DNA of 64,000 nucleotides. It comes from Octopus vulgaris (Eukaryota). The translations under genes were made by a program, and so were the position numbers. Each line of letters begins with the position of its first letter. Position 1 is the stretch's first letter. The stretch covers positions 27,776,001-27,840,000 of the forward strand of contig OX597829.1 in assembly GCA_951406725.2 (NCBI GenBank), in the 5' to 3' direction. This document shows positions 12,242-25,800 of the stretch, piece after piece. The notes under the pieces are model-generated. The model searched no databases, was not told the origin of the DNA, and saw nothing but the letters and a program-made list of their open reading frames with translations.

Positions 12242-12378
12242 CAAGATTAATCAGCCGAAATTACTACGATGATCCGGTTCTTGACTGAAGACTGAGGGTT
12301 TCGAATGTCCTGTCCGTGTTTATTGTATCGTCTTCTAAGAGTTATACTTCTTGTCCATGTTGTATTTTTCTACATACC

Positions 12379-12437
<59 letters not shown>

Positions 12438-12457
12438 CAACAGATGGATAGTGGTTT

Positions 12458-12553
12458 TACTCACTGCAGCTGTTTCAGACTTGTTTTTTTTTTTGATGAA
12501 TAGAGTTATTAGATCGTGTGAAAAAATAAAAACCCGTTTTTATCAGGTGAATA
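12458..12553 (-). ncRNA. Degenerate type I hammerhead ribozyme motif
   Basis: Minus strand: tattcac-CTGATAA-(long stem II)-GAAACAGCTGCA-gtgagta; 7-bp stem I (one G-U); two core substitutions. Confidence 0.5.
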
Positions 12554-12805
12554 TATGCACTAGTTAAGCATTAAAAAATATATGCATGAATTAAACATAA
12601 AAAAAAAAATCCACGAATAAGTATGTACTCTATCATGATTTTCTGGTGAACTTTCCCTAGTTTGTAGTTATATATATATATGTTTGCCGAGGGCGGGCGG
12701 AACTATGTCATCTAGCTGTCAATCTACACAAACATGCACACACGCATACACATTATATATAAAGATAAAAACAGTTATATACATATATGTAGAGAGAGAG
12801 AGGGG

Positions 12806-12843
<38 letters not shown>

Positions 12844-12844
12844 C

Positions 12845-13052
12845 TCTTTACTCTTTTACTTGTTTCAGTCATTTGACTGCGGCCATGCTGGAGCACCACC
12901 TTTAGTCGAGCAAATCGACCCCGGGAATTATTCTTTGTAAGCCCAGTACTTATTCTATCGGTCTCTTTTTGCCGAACCGCTAGGTGACGGGGGCGTAAAC
13001 ACACCAGCATCGGTTGTCAAGCAATGCTAGGGGGACAAACACAGACACACAA

Positions 13053-13060
<8 letters not shown>
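12845..13060 (-). mobile_element. SINE family A, 3' half
   Basis: Close reverse complement of family A tail. Confidence 0.85.
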
Positions 13061-13115
<55 letters not shown>

Positions 13116-14044
13116 CATACACTTATACACACACTCACACTATGAACGACATAAAAACTAAAGGTAAAAATTGAAAAATCCGGTAGCGATCATATTGGCC
13201 CTACATTTTACTATAGAAAAAGCAGCAATACATGTCAACAGCACTTCAACTTGAAGAAATGATGGAATTGTGGAGACATGGGGCAAGACTTGCCCCACTC
13301 CCCCAAAAACACCCCTTTTTTTCATTCAATTTTTTTTTCTACACAAACCCCCATTTTCGGCTATGGAGAATACGAATCTGCAAAAAAATTTGGCAAAAAT
13401 CGGTATTTTGAAATTACCCCCACTCCACCCCCACTAATTTCTTTATTTCTGACTTTTTTCAGAATTTTTTTTTTTTTTTCAAAATATGCGGAAAAATTTA
13501 TAATGTATGTATGTATGTATGTATACCAGAAACGAAATGTCACAGTTACAGAACCAGTTATGTTTTGTATTTCAAGAAAAAAAAAAAAGGAAAAAGAAAC
13601 GAAAAAGAACATGAGAAATTAACACATGACAAATCAGTAGTCTGTAAAAAGCAGCTTTAAAGCTTTTTTAAAAAGTGTATTATGAAGGATGATGCAGCAG
13701 TTTAAATTATTCCAATGCTCTGAGGTCAGCTGATTGGCAAAATCATTAGAGCATTGAAAAACAGTGCCTTGCAGTATTTGTTCCAGCTCAGCGTGTCTAA
13801 GTTCACATCCCACTGAGGCCAATCTTGCCTTTCACCAAGTATTGGGGTCAATAGTATCGACTTACAACCTCCCTTCAAAATCACAGGTCTGTGGTTAAAC
13901 CAGAAACCATTATCACAAGACCTGCAATTGGTTCCGGTTTGCAACAAATATTTCGTTTTTCTATCATTAATGTTGGGTATAGAGGATACACAAGTTACAT
14001 GGATGGAGATATATAAATATGCAGTATGAAAACAAGTGTGTGAG

Positions 14045-14430
14045 TTAACATGGGTGTGTGGTAAGAAGCTTGCTTCCCAACCACATGGTTATGGGTTCAG
14101 TTCCACTGCATGGCACCTTGGGTAAATGTCTTCTATTATATCCTCAGGCCAACCAAAGCCTTGTGAGTAGATTTTGGTAGACAGAAACTAAGAGAAGCCC
14201 ATCGTGGGTATATGTATATATATGTGTGTGTGTATCTGTTTGTCCCTCACTACCAATTGATAACTGGTGTTGGTGTGTTTACGTCCCTGTAACTTAGTGG
14301 TGTGGCAAAGAGGCCAATAGAATAAGTACTAGATTTAGAAATAAGTCTTAGGGTCGAATTGTTCAACAAAAACACTTCAAGGTTGTTATTCAGCATGGCC
14401 ATAGCCAAATGACTGATATAAATTAAAAAA
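14045..14430 (+). mobile_element. SINE family A, diverged full-length copy
   Basis: gtgtggtaagaagcttgcttcccaaccacatgg...cagcatggccatagccaaatgactg. Confidence 0.8.
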
Positions 14431-14624
14431 AAGAAAAATAGAGTACAATAGAGTCAGAAATTGATGAGGAAGTGGTGAGTTTCAAAAATGAGAGGGGCTT
14501 ACCAGTACTAAGACGTTTTTGAATGATTTGAAATGAATGCTTTCCACAATGCAGCAAACTATAAAAAAAATTATATTTCTTTCATCAGTTGAAATTATAG
14601 ACATAATGAGAAAGACAAGTTGTT

Positions 14625-15050
14625 AATATTGGTTTCAAATTTTGGCACAAGGCCAGCAAATTCAGGGAAGGGCATTAGCCAATTACAGTGACCCCAGTGC
14701 TCAATTGGTATTTTATCAACCCCTGAAAGGATGAAAGGCAAATTTTAGCTTGGTGGCATTTGAACTCAGAACATAAGGATAGACAGCATGCTAAGAATTT
14801 TGTCAGCTCACCACCTTAAAAAAACTTGTTAATATTGGTTTCAAATTTTGGCACCAGGTCAACAATTTTGGAGGTGGGGGTAAGTTAATCAACACCAGTG
14901 TTCAACTGGTACTTATTTTATTGACCCTGAAAGAAATGAAAAGGCAAAGTCAACCTCGGCAGAATTTGAACTCAAAATATAAAGACGAAATACCACTAAG
15001 CATTTTGCCCTGCATGCTGACATTTCTGCTAGCCCACCACCTTAAAAAAA
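14625..15050 (-). mobile_element. Two tandem diverged SINE family B copies
   Basis: Unit ttgttaatattggtttcaaattttggcac...atttgaactca...caccaccttaaaaaaa occurs twice. Confidence 0.7.
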
Positions 15051-15829
15051 GTTGTTAATATTAATGACATTTTTGGTTTGAAAGATAACGAAAGAGAATT
15101 TTGTTGATATACTGGCAATGTTTTCTGAGCGAGGAAGTTTCTACCTGATTGCTGGATCTGTTTGAAATAGCAGCTAAATCTCCTTTAAATCACACTTGGC
15201 CATGATAAAAGAAGTACACATTAGTGTAATCCAAGACATACTATGTCAGAAAAAAAAAAAGACAAGATGAGTATAGCTGGAATACCTTTGATCATAAATC
15301 TGGATCAGGTCTGCATAAATTTTAATTATTTTATCCTAAGTCACCATGAAGGTGATATGTATGTTTTTTCTGTGGTAGATGAAATGTATGTTTTTCCTGT
15401 GGTTCCTGAACACTTTTGAATGAACCTGGCTCCAGTCATCGTGGATTTATTGACAATAGCTACAGCATACACATTGTAAGAATAACATGCACGTTTAGAT
15501 TTCTTATATGGAAACAAAAATCAGTTCTTAATTGTAACAAAAGACCCACTTCCCCTTGTAGCTAGCTAAGTAACGTTTGGCAAAAGACATAATTTAGAAA
15601 ATCCTGTGTTGAAATACATATGTTGAAATATATATAATTTTTATACTTTGGTTGACATGTCACATTTGCAATATGTTCCTGGCATTCAGAGAAGCAAACT
15701 GTTTTATGAAACAACAGTTAAAGAAGAGTGGAATTAACAGATGTTATTACTCTCAGCAATGTGATAGAAAATGGATCCAAAGGCTAAGTCTTCAGTGACA
15801 CTACTGCTAGTGCTGCTGCTGCCAGTGTG

Positions 15830-16315
15830 TGGTAAAAATGAACTGAGTAAACGTGCTTTCGGACTTCTTGATCCATTGTGATCGTGGAATCGAACATCAG
15901 TGTGATCATAGACACGGACATCAGAAACCTGTTTGTCTTGCGTGACAAGGGAGATAAATCATGGCTGATCGTAAGACGTTGTTTGCACTGGTGACAGCAG
16001 AAGCATCAAAAAAGGAGGTAACCGATATCAAAAAAACTGGGGTCAATTAAAAAGTGTATATTGTGCAAATAATTGTTGGTGCCCTATCTATATACAGTGA
16101 GAGAAGAAATTGAAAATGAGTTGGAAGAGACAGGATTAAAAAATGAAAATAGAACACAGGCAACAGCATTACTTGACAATGCAAGAAGTCTCCACAAAGT
16201 TCTCAAGAAAAACAAGTACCACCTCGGTTTATGGGAAGTGCACAGCTGTTGCATGAATGACAAATCTAACAACAAACAAGCTGTGTTAGATGTGATAATA
16301 ATAATAACAATAATA
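15830..16315 (+). pseudogene. Decayed 3' end of an R4/Dong-like (restriction-like endonuclease) non-LTR retrotransposon
   Basis: Frameshifted peptides DFLIHCDRGIEH, DKGDKSWLI, DVVCTGD, IVGAL and ATALLDNARSLHKVL resemble the RLE domain and the ALLGTARILRKVL-type C-terminus; followed by (TAA)n at ~16295. Confidence 0.65.
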
Positions 16316-17794
16316 TCATTTCTAAGAAAGGCTCGAAAGTCTGAAATGTTGAGGGAAGAGGCTAGTCAATTAGATTGCTCCTTGTACTTAACAGGTACAT
16401 TTTTTTATTGATTCCAAAACGATGATAGGTAAAGTCGACCTAAAGTGGAATTTGAACTCAGAACATAAAGATAAGCAAAATGCTGCTCAGCACCAGGCAA
16501 ACACTGGGGTCAGTGTAATTGACTAGCTTTTGTCCTGCAAGCTAACAATACTGCCAGCTTACTGCCCTAAATAATAATCCTTTCTTTTATAAGCACCAAG
16601 TCTGAAATCTTGAGAAAAAGAAAAAGCTAGTCAATCACCCTGCCTGGTGCTTAATTTATCAATGCCAAAAGGATGAAAGACTAAGTCAACCTTGGCAGAA
16701 TTTGAAATCAGAATGTAAAGACGGATGAAATGCTAATTATCAATTTAGTATGGCATGCTTAATGTTTCTTCCAGCTCACTGCTTTAATAATAATAATAAT
16801 AATTATTATTATTATTATTATTATAATATTTCTAACATTGGCAAACCCCCTGAAATTTGAGTCAAAGTAGGGTGGGGGACTTAGTTGATTAAATTGATCC
16901 CAGTAGACCAAACTACAGTTAAAGTAAGGTGGTGTATGTCATTTTTATTAATGAGTATATCCAACAAAATCTTTTACACTATTTTACAAAAATGTTTCCA
17001 GTTCTCTCATTTGCAAATTTAAATGAATATTACAAATTTAGATGATTCATCCAAAGAAGTAAAAAGAAAAAAAAAGATTGAGAAATATTTTTAAAAGATC
17101 TTTTTTATTCCCCTTTGAAAAATTCAAATCTTCCCCTCCACCCAAATCCTTTCAATATCTTTTAAAACTATAGCTTTAAAATAATTTTTTAAGAAAAATT
17201 TTTTTTTGCTTTTTTCAGTTAACCATTTTAGAATAAAATTTTGTTAGGAATCTTTTTCAACTCTTAAAAATCTCTTCTTTTTCAGAAAGACTTTTTAAAA
17301 AAAAAATATTAGTGTCTCTTAACAAGATAATGGATAATGATTTTAAAGTGGTGATTGAGTGCTTACTCTGATGCTATGAGTATACTACAGTAAAGTAAGA
17401 CTGATTATGGGGGCATACATAAGTGTGTGTAAGAGAGAAAGAACATGATTATATAATACTGTTTTGAATAAAAGCTATTACATGACTACAGAAGTATGGA
17501 AAATTACATGAGTACAGGAAGGAGTTAAACATGGATGCAGACATGACTTATGAGTAAAAGGTTGGCTATGTAGTTAAGAATTTTACTTTGTAACTGGTTT
17601 TGGGTTCAATTCCACTAAGTAAAATATCTCCTATATTGTCTCTCTTCAAACAAATACCTACCTCCTGAGTGAATTTTGCTAGACAGAAGCTATGTCAAAG
17701 CCTGTCGAAAGGCACTGTTCCTTGTTTTGCAAAATGATTGTCGTAATCTTTTGCTTGGTTTAACACCACTTCCTGCCATGTTTGGTGTCTTTAA

Positions 17795-17991
17795 CTCTTT
17801 AGCATTCAGATTATTCTGTCAAATGTAAGGCTTATTTATCCTCATTGTTTTTAATTAATCTGCTTCATTTTGTAGCTTTGAGATTTTGACGAGTTAATTT
17901 TTAGAATGATATTGTAAGGTTGGTGTGAGAGGTTAGATCTGGCCAGTTTGAATATTTTTGGCCGGATATGACCAGTTTAAATACTAAAAGC
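17795..17991. mobile_element. TTAA-flanked (piggyBac-like) MITE, diverged
   Basis: ttaa|ctctttagcattc ... tttaaatactaaaagctta; related copy in opposite orientation from 63823 to window end. Confidence 0.5.
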
Positions 17992-18336
17992 TTAGGTGTC
18001 TGTCGTGTTGTAAGCATTCAAGCCAAGGCTATGCCTGAGGAATGATGTCTTCATCCCCTCCCACCACCTTCGCAAAGTCTTTCTAAAAACCCCCAAAAAA
18101 TAGGAAGAAAAAACAACTGAAGAGAGTTGGTTGTTCAGCTTTTCCTTTCCTGGCTAGAAATTATCTAAAGCCAGATGAAAATACAGACAGGTACAATGTC
18201 TAGTTTGGGGTTCAGTCTCACTACAAGGCACTTTGGTCTCCTACTGTAACCCTGAACCAGCCACAACTTTGTGAGTGAATTTCATAGATGGAAACTGAAA
18301 AAAATGCCATTTGTTGCGTGTGTGTGTGTATATATC

Positions 18337-18646
18337 ATGTGATCATGTGACCAACCATGCCATCAGATGTCGCTACACATCGCTGGTCACAATGCGCTTT
18401 GCATTGTTTTAGCCTTAAATGACGCCACCCCGCTGGCTAAGCGAGCAGGCTAACTAACAAAAGAAAGAATGGGAGAAAGTTGTGACGAAAGAGTACAGCA
18501 GGGATCGCCACCACCCCCTGCCAGAGCCTCGTGGAGCTTTTAGGTGTTTTCGCTCAATAAACACTCACTACGCCTGGTCTGGGAATCGAAACTGCGATCC
18601 TACGATCACAAGTCCGCTGCCCTAACCACTGGGCTATTGTGCCTCC
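18337..18646 (-). mobile_element. tRNA-headed SINE, family C head
   Basis: Minus strand ggaggcacaatagcccagtggttagggcagcggact...gtttcgattcccagacc. Confidence 0.78.
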
Positions 18647-19142
18647 ACACACACACACACACAGATAGATAGATAGATAGATAGATATGTATATATATAC
18701 TGTATGTCAATATGTGTGTGTGTGTGTGAATGTCTATAAAAGAACGGTAAGCTGCAGGTACAGATGGTGATGACACCATTTGGACTTCATTTACAACTAA
18801 CAGTAAGTTCTTCATTTAAGGTTAGGCTGCAACTGCTCTAGTTTGCTGACATTTCCTGTTGACGAAATCATATGATACCCCTGTGCTCTTAAATTCCACT
18901 GGGATGAATATATATAAAAAAAAAAAGCAGACTCTTATTTGAAAACCAGGTAAGGGTTGGCGACAGGAAGTGCAGTTGGCTGTAAAAATCCTCCCTCAAA
19001 ATTTACTTCAGTCTAAGCTGAGCTAGCATGGAAAACAGATGTTAAACAAATGAATGAACAAACAACAATATATTTGTGTGTATAAATACATACACACACA
19101 CACACACATATATATATACAGATGTGTGAGTTTGTGTATATA

Positions 19143-19187
<45 letters not shown>

Positions 19188-19242
19188 TTTATACATATAT
19201 ATATACATATATATATATACATATATATTATATATATATATA

Positions 19243-20452
19243 TATAACTAATGTGGGTTTTTTATACTTCTTTTATTTTTCAAAATTAAGATAAACAAAG
19301 TTCTTTTTTACTCCAAAATATACTCTCCTTCATTTTCTACAATGCTTTTCCATCTATCTGGTAGGCTTGTAAGGCTCCTCTTCCAAAACTCACTTGTCTA
19401 TGACGAAAAATACTCCTCCACTACTGTTCTGAATTCATATTTTTTCCATCCAAATGACTTTCAAGACTGCAGAATAAATGATAATCAGATGGGGCAATAT
19501 CTGGCGAACATGTGGGTGGGGCATCGTTTCCCATTCAAACTGCTCCTCGTTGTATGTGGCCGAGCATTATCTTGTTGGAAGAACACCTTTCGTCTTGAAA
19601 CCAAAGATGGTCATTTTCATTCTAGTGCTGACATAAGCCACTCAATCTACTCGTAGTAGATCTCCTTTGTTATCATTTGGTTTGGATCTCCTTTGTTATC
19701 ATTTGGTTTGGATTTAAAAGTTGAAAGTGGACTAACCTTTCATATCCCACCAAACAGATAATAACATCTTATGTGGGTGAAGACATTTAGTCTGGGGTGC
19801 TAGTGTTTCTCCTTTCTCTACCTACTGTCTTTGGCGCTTTACATTTTTATAGGGAACTCATTTCTCATTGCCAGTCACTATTTGGTCCAAAAAAAAACAT
19901 TCATTTGTGAGATGTCACAGCAAAGAAGAGCACACATTCACTCTTTGCATGCAATTAAACTTGACCCAATTTGATGACTTTTCTGATGGCATGCAGGTGT
20001 CAATGAATGGTTGAATAACAAAATCCAAGCTTCTCTGCTAGTTCCTCAACAGTTTGCAGGACATCCTTGTCGAGCTCTACAGATCTTCCAGAACAAAGCT
20101 CATCTTCTAGGCTGTAGTTTCTGGCTAGGAATTTCCGAAACCACCTGGCTTATGCTTATTGTCTGATCCTCATGTACTGCATTAATATTCCTTGCACTTT
20201 CTGCTGTGTTGTTGCTTTTATTGAACTCATAAAGCAAAATATGCTGAATATGCTCCTTTGTCACTTCCATTATAGCTTTGAAAAAATAACTGTTAAAATC
20301 AAACTGCACTCTTCAGAACTTGCACTAAGAATAAGTACAAGGTCAAATTACTATCTGCTTTAATAGCAAGTTGATGCCGGTAGTTTATCCCGTTCCCCTC
20401 TGACTTTTAGTTCATGCATTAAAAAATCTGCATTATCTATGGGATGACCCAA
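19243..20452 (-). mobile_element. Decayed mariner (Tc1/mariner) transposon
   Basis: One TIR ta|ttgggtcatcccatagataatgcagatt at the 20452 end, partial TIR near 19243; encloses a transposase pseudogene. Confidence 0.8.
19308..20270 (-). pseudogene. mariner transposase pseudogene
   Basis: Minus-strand peptides MEVTKEHIQHILLYEFNKSNNTAESARNI (HTH), VWWDMKG, FQQDNARPHT and SPDIAPSDYHL match mariner motifs HDNARPH and YSPDLAPSDYHLF; several frameshifts/stops; ends EGEYILE*. Confidence 0.88.
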
Positions 20453-20517
20453 TATATATATATATCATCATATATATATATGCACTTACACACAGCACAT
20501 ATATATATATATATATC

Positions 20518-20830
20518 AGTGGCACGTAAAAAGCACCATCTGTTCGTGGCCGTTGCCAGCGCCGCCCCGACTGGCCTCCGTGCCGGTGGCATGTAAAAGC
20601 ACCATCCATTCGTGGCCGTTTGCCAGCACCGTCTGGCACCTGTGCGGGTGGCACGTAAATAGCACCCACTACACTCGCGGAGTGGTTGGCGTTAGGAAGG
20701 GCATCCAGCCGTAGAAACACTGCCAGATCAGACTGGAGCCTGGTGCAGCCTTCTGGCTTCACAGACCTCAGTTGAACCGTCCAACCCATGCTAGCATGGA
20801 AAACGGACGCTAAATGATGATGATGATGAT
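20518..20830 (+). mobile_element. SINE family D
   Basis: Tandem ggcacgtaaaaagcacc units, then ...ggacgctaaatgatgatgatgatg tail. Confidence 0.82.
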
Positions 20831-20876
20831 GTGTAAGCTCATATGCACATACATATGTATGTTTGTGTGTGTGTGT

Positions 20877-20930
<54 letters not shown>

Positions 20931-21094
20931 AAGAAATTAATTAGTGAACTTCATTAGCTTACTGCTATTTTTTCTATAAGGTGCAATACACTCACAGTTG
21001 AGTGCTTGTGTATCCTAGTCTTACATAGTTGAGTGCATGAGTACCTTCTTGCCTTTCTATGCACATATAAAACTATACTTGCTCACGTGTGTCT

Positions 21095-21234
21095 GTATGT
21101 ATACACATATATCTGTAATATCAGCTCATTTTCTCTCTATATATATATATACACACACACACAGACATGCTGTTAACTGTAACATGTGCCTGTATGTATA
21201 CACATATATCTGTAATATCAGCTCATTTTCTCTC

Positions 21235-21270
<36 letters not shown>

Positions 21271-21290
21271 TGCTGTTATCTGTAACATGT
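21095..21290. repeat. Tandem duplication of a ~97-bp unit
   Basis: gtatgtatacacatatatctgtaatatcagctcattttctctcta...catgctgtta occurs twice. Confidence 0.8.
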
Positions 21291-21558
21291 CTCTTCATTC
21301 ATTCCCTCTTTAACTCGTTAATCTATAATTGTCAATTTGTCTAGGTTCTTTATGTAGAGAAATCTTTATGACCCCTGTCTTGGATTTTCTCACTTTCTAG
21401 CTATTTCCATTCTTTTTTATTTCTTTACATAGGGGTTGTTCATATATCATCTATACAAACATATATAGTTATATATATATATATATATATAAAACTTAAG
21501 ATAAATTGGCTGTTTCTGGGATGGGGTTCTGCCCCTAAACTCATTACTTCATTTCCTG

Positions 21559-21595
<37 letters not shown>

Positions 21596-21871
21596 ATAAA
21601 TGCTTTCTCAAATAATCTTTGAAGCTCCAACGAAGTTGTAGCATGACACATGCAAGCACTTGATTATGAGTGCATTGTACCATATAGCGGAAACAGCTTT
21701 AAGCCAATGAAGTTCAAAACATAATTTCTTATACCCTTTTCATTATAATTTCTTATTACTGCTCTATACTCACCTGATACTTTATTGAAAAGCATATGTC
21801 TATTGAGTTCTGACACCAGATTATCAGTATCATTATGCTTCAGTGAAATAATAAAAATGTATATGCATATG

Positions 21872-21912
<41 letters not shown>

Positions 21913-21914
21913 CA

Positions 21915-22327
21915 CTCTTTACTCTTTTACTTGTTTCAGGCATTTGACTGCGGCCATGCTGGAGCACCGCTTTTAGTCGAGCAAATCGACCCCGGGACTT
22001 ATTCTTTGTAAGCCCAGTACTCATTCTATTGGTCTCTTTTGCCGAACCGCTAAGTGACAGCGACGTAAACACACCAGCATCGGTTGTCAAGCAATGCTAG
22101 GGGGACAAACACAGACACACAACCATACACACACACACACACATATATATATACATATATACGACAGGCTTCTTTCAGTTTCTGTCTACCAAATCCACTC
22201 ACCCAAGGCACTGGTCGGCCCGAGGCTATAGTAGAGACACTTGCCCAAGATGCCAGGCAGTGGGACTGAACCCCGGAACCATGTGGTTGGTAAGCAAGCT
22301 ACTTACCACACAGCCACTCCTGCACCT
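21915..22327 (-). mobile_element. SINE family A, full-length
   Basis: Reverse complement of 5376-5770 from tail to head. Confidence 0.88.
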
Positions 22328-24524
22328 ATATATATATATATATATATAATTTATAAACAAAGGCAAAAGAAAAAAGATTTCTGTGCCAATATGCTGAGAA
22401 TAGACTTTAAATCGTCAGCCACCATGAATACACGTAGTGCTGAAATCGAGGAAGGTAAGCTAACAGAATTCTTTTTAAAATTCGTTATCTCTATATTGAA
22501 TCAATTTCGGGATTAATCCTACGGATTTTTCCTCCTCTTCAGTAGAGAATACGATAAGAAATAAGTAAAATACTTACAAGCACCCATGGAAAAAAGCAGA
22601 AGCAAGAGTCATGAGTACACATAAGTAACCCAGTTATATCTAAATGTAAAATCCTTTAGCAAGCCTCAACTAATATATATAATATATATAACATACGAAC
22701 AAACATATATATGTGCGAGTGCACATATGTTTGTGTCTCCTTGTCTTGACATTGTGTGATAATTGTAAATAAGTGCCACTGTTATGCAAGCAGTGTCATT
22801 CATTTCCAGCACACTGCGAAAGCATGTTGAGCCATGGGGATTGCTTTGCTTGGAAACAGGTCAGGGTTAGTAACAGGAAGGACGTGTGGCCATAGAGAAT
22901 CAGCCCCCATTAAATTCTATCTGACTCATGCATGCATGGAAAAATAGACATTAAAATGAGGACGATGTTAATGATAATAATGTGTGCGTGTGTGTATGCA
23001 CGTTTGTATATACATATATATGTGGGTAGGTATGTGTGTGTGTGTATGCATGTTTGTATATACATATGTAGGTATGTGCATGTGTGTGTGTATATATATA
23101 TATATGTAAAAAGTAAAAAATATATACAAACCGGGACAAGAACGTGAAACACCTAGGAGACGACATACATACATATGTATATGTATATATATAAAACAAC
23201 AGGAAGCTGGAAAATATTTTGGTATTATATGCGTGTGTGTGTGTGTGTGCGCACGTGTGTGTGTGTGTGTGTAATAATGAAAGGAATGCAGTGACACTAA
23301 TTATGAATATCATTAATATCAAAGGAGTGGGTGTGAGAATGACTCACGCAAGCCTTCTGCATACTAGATACAAGTATAGAAGAAGAGTCTTATATTCATA
23401 ACATAGCTAATGTGTTTTGTGTTTAAATTAAGAAAGTGTGCTCTGTATGTATATTATATACGGATTGCATGTCGTGTAGGATAGTGTGCGTATGTATGGT
23501 GTAGTGCATATTGCATGAAGGTACATGGTGTATGTTGTTGCATCGATGCGTTTGTTGTAGTGTCTTGTGCAATGTGTGTGTGTGTGTGTGTGTGTGATAG
23601 CTATATCCTTTATGTTTATGTATTTTACAGTGCCAAAAGGCAAACCTGAAATTAGGAGGGTGGTGGTGGTGGTGGTGTTGATGTCGTTTTAAATCCAGGT
23701 GAATTTTGAATGCATTCCAGCCATGACCACCCTGTCATTTTGAGGTGGTCTCCTTATGTGTTTCGCCCCACCCCGATGTTCTACTACGTTGCTTTACAAC
23801 ACTGCTCACTTTCCTACCATTTATAGACCCCACCCCACCCCCACCCCAACTCTATTTGTTTATTCTAAATATGTCATTCTACTATCTAACCTATTTATGT
23901 ACTATATACTATTACACGCACACACACGCACACACCTATGTGTGTATGTTTGTGTGTGATGTTTATTCCATGCTCAGAATATTGTGCAACTTTGTGTGCT
24001 GGTAAATGGAGGTGAGAGACTGATTATGCGTGCATTGGGTGGGGTGGGGGAATTGCATATGTGTGTGTGTGTGTGTGTTGTTGTTGTAGTAGATTGCAGG
24101 AGTAGTATCAATTTGAATTAAATTTTAATTAGTTGCTTCTCTGATTAATTCATATTCAGTATTTTTTCTAAAATTAATTTATTCCATCTGGAATTCTGCC
24201 TTCACTAACATCTTGAAACATTTACATTTTGAATGGCCTCTTCCACTCACTCTTTTCTAGTTCTCTATCTGTTTTGTTTTTTTTCTTCTTCTTACCACTG
24301 TCCTTCTCTGCTGCTCTTTCTGTCTCTTCCTCCCAACCTCCTTTGTATTTATAATTCTATTAAAATTTCTGTATTGGTTGTATCTTAACTTTTCAATAAT
24401 TGTTTTATTTTGTTTGTTAAGTTGCTGAGTGACTACAAACTATTAAGGTATGACACAGAAATTACATAATTCAATTTTTAAGTTCTTTATTAGCATTTCT
24501 GATTCTCATATTTCCTCTCTCTCC

Positions 24525-24569
<45 letters not shown>

Positions 24570-24589
24570 ACATCATAAGCTTCCAAGTA

Positions 24590-24990
24590 CAAGCGTGGCT
24601 GTGTGCTTAAAGAGCCTACTGTGCAACCACCTGGTTTTGAGTTCTTGCCCGTACCTTGGGCAAGTGTCTTCTACTATAGTCCTGGATCAACCAATAGTGA
24701 GTAGATTTGGTAGATGGAAACTGTGAGGAAGCCAGACATATATATGTGTGTGTATCCTTGTCTTATCACCACGTGATGGCTATAAATGAGCATCACTGTT
24801 ATACAAGTGAGGTTGTTCATTTGTATTCTTCCATGAAAAATGTCTAGGCATGGGAAAAGATTACCTTGCTTGGAAACAGGGTAAAGGTTGGTATCAGTAA
24901 AGGCATCCAGTCATAGAGAATCTACCTCAGCAAATTCCATCTGACCCATACAAGCAGGGAAAGGTAGACGTTAAATAGTGATGATGATGG
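24590..24990 (+). mobile_element. SINE with family A head and (GAT)n-type tail
   Basis: gcgtggctgtgtgcttaaagagc head, then ttgcttggaaacaggg...gacgttaaatagtgatgatgatg tail. Confidence 0.65.
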
Positions 24991-25239
24991 TAAAGATTCT
25001 ATTTTAGTAGTTAGAATTGGAATATTTCTGTGCAATAAATATATATTATTTGGGAATTAGCTTATATTGGTCCCTGGGCGGGGGCGGGGGTCTATGATTT
25101 CTAGCATTAAAAATACTGAATTATTATCAAAGCGGTGCTCCAGCACAGCCACAGTCTAATGGCTGATATAAGTAATAGATAAACTGAATCTAGAAGAGTG
25201 CAGCAATATAAGGCTAAAACTCACTCATTTTCAAATATT

Positions 25240-25800
25240 CTTTTCTTCCCTAAGCACAAGGCTCGAAATTTTGGGGGCGGGGGCTAGTCGATTACATCGA
25301 CGCAAGTACGCAACTGGTACTTAATTTACCGACCCGAAGGGACGAAAGGCAAAGTCGACCTCGGCGGAATTTGAACTCAGAACATAACAACAGCAGGCAA
25401 AATACCTATTTCTTTACTACCCACAAGGGACTAAACACAGAGAGGACAAGCAAGGACAGGCAAACGGATTAAGTCGATTATATCGACCCCAGTGCATAAC
25501 TGGTACTTATTTAATCGACCCCGAAAGGATGAAAGGCAAAGTCGACATCGGCGGAATTTGAACTCTGAACGTAGCGGCAGACGAAATACCTATTTCTTTA
25601 TTACCCACAAGGGGCTAAACATAGAGGGGACAAACAAGGACAGATATAGGTATTAAGTCGATTACATTGACCCCAGTGCGTAACTGGTACTTAATTTATC
25701 GACCCCGAAAGGATGAAAGGCAAAGTCGACCTCGGCGGAATTTGAACTCAGAACGTAACGACAGACGAAATACCGCTAAGCATTTCGCCCGGTGTGCTAA
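25240..25800 (-). mobile_element. Tandem array of three SINE family B units (~180-bp period)
   Basis: gaaaggcaaagtcgac.tcggcggaatttgaactc.gaac occurs at ~25344, ~25531 and ~25715. Confidence 0.88.

Noticed and set aside
15379-15475. AG...GTAAG-bounded candidate exon with a short hydrophobic MNLAPVIVDLLTIATAYT frame
   Set aside because: Stops occur in all three frames across the segment; no recognisable homology or partner exons.
21660-21707. GAAACAGCTTTA with upstream attatga
   Set aside because: Both core boxes are mutated; at most a relic of the GAAACAGCTGTA family, so not listed as a feature.
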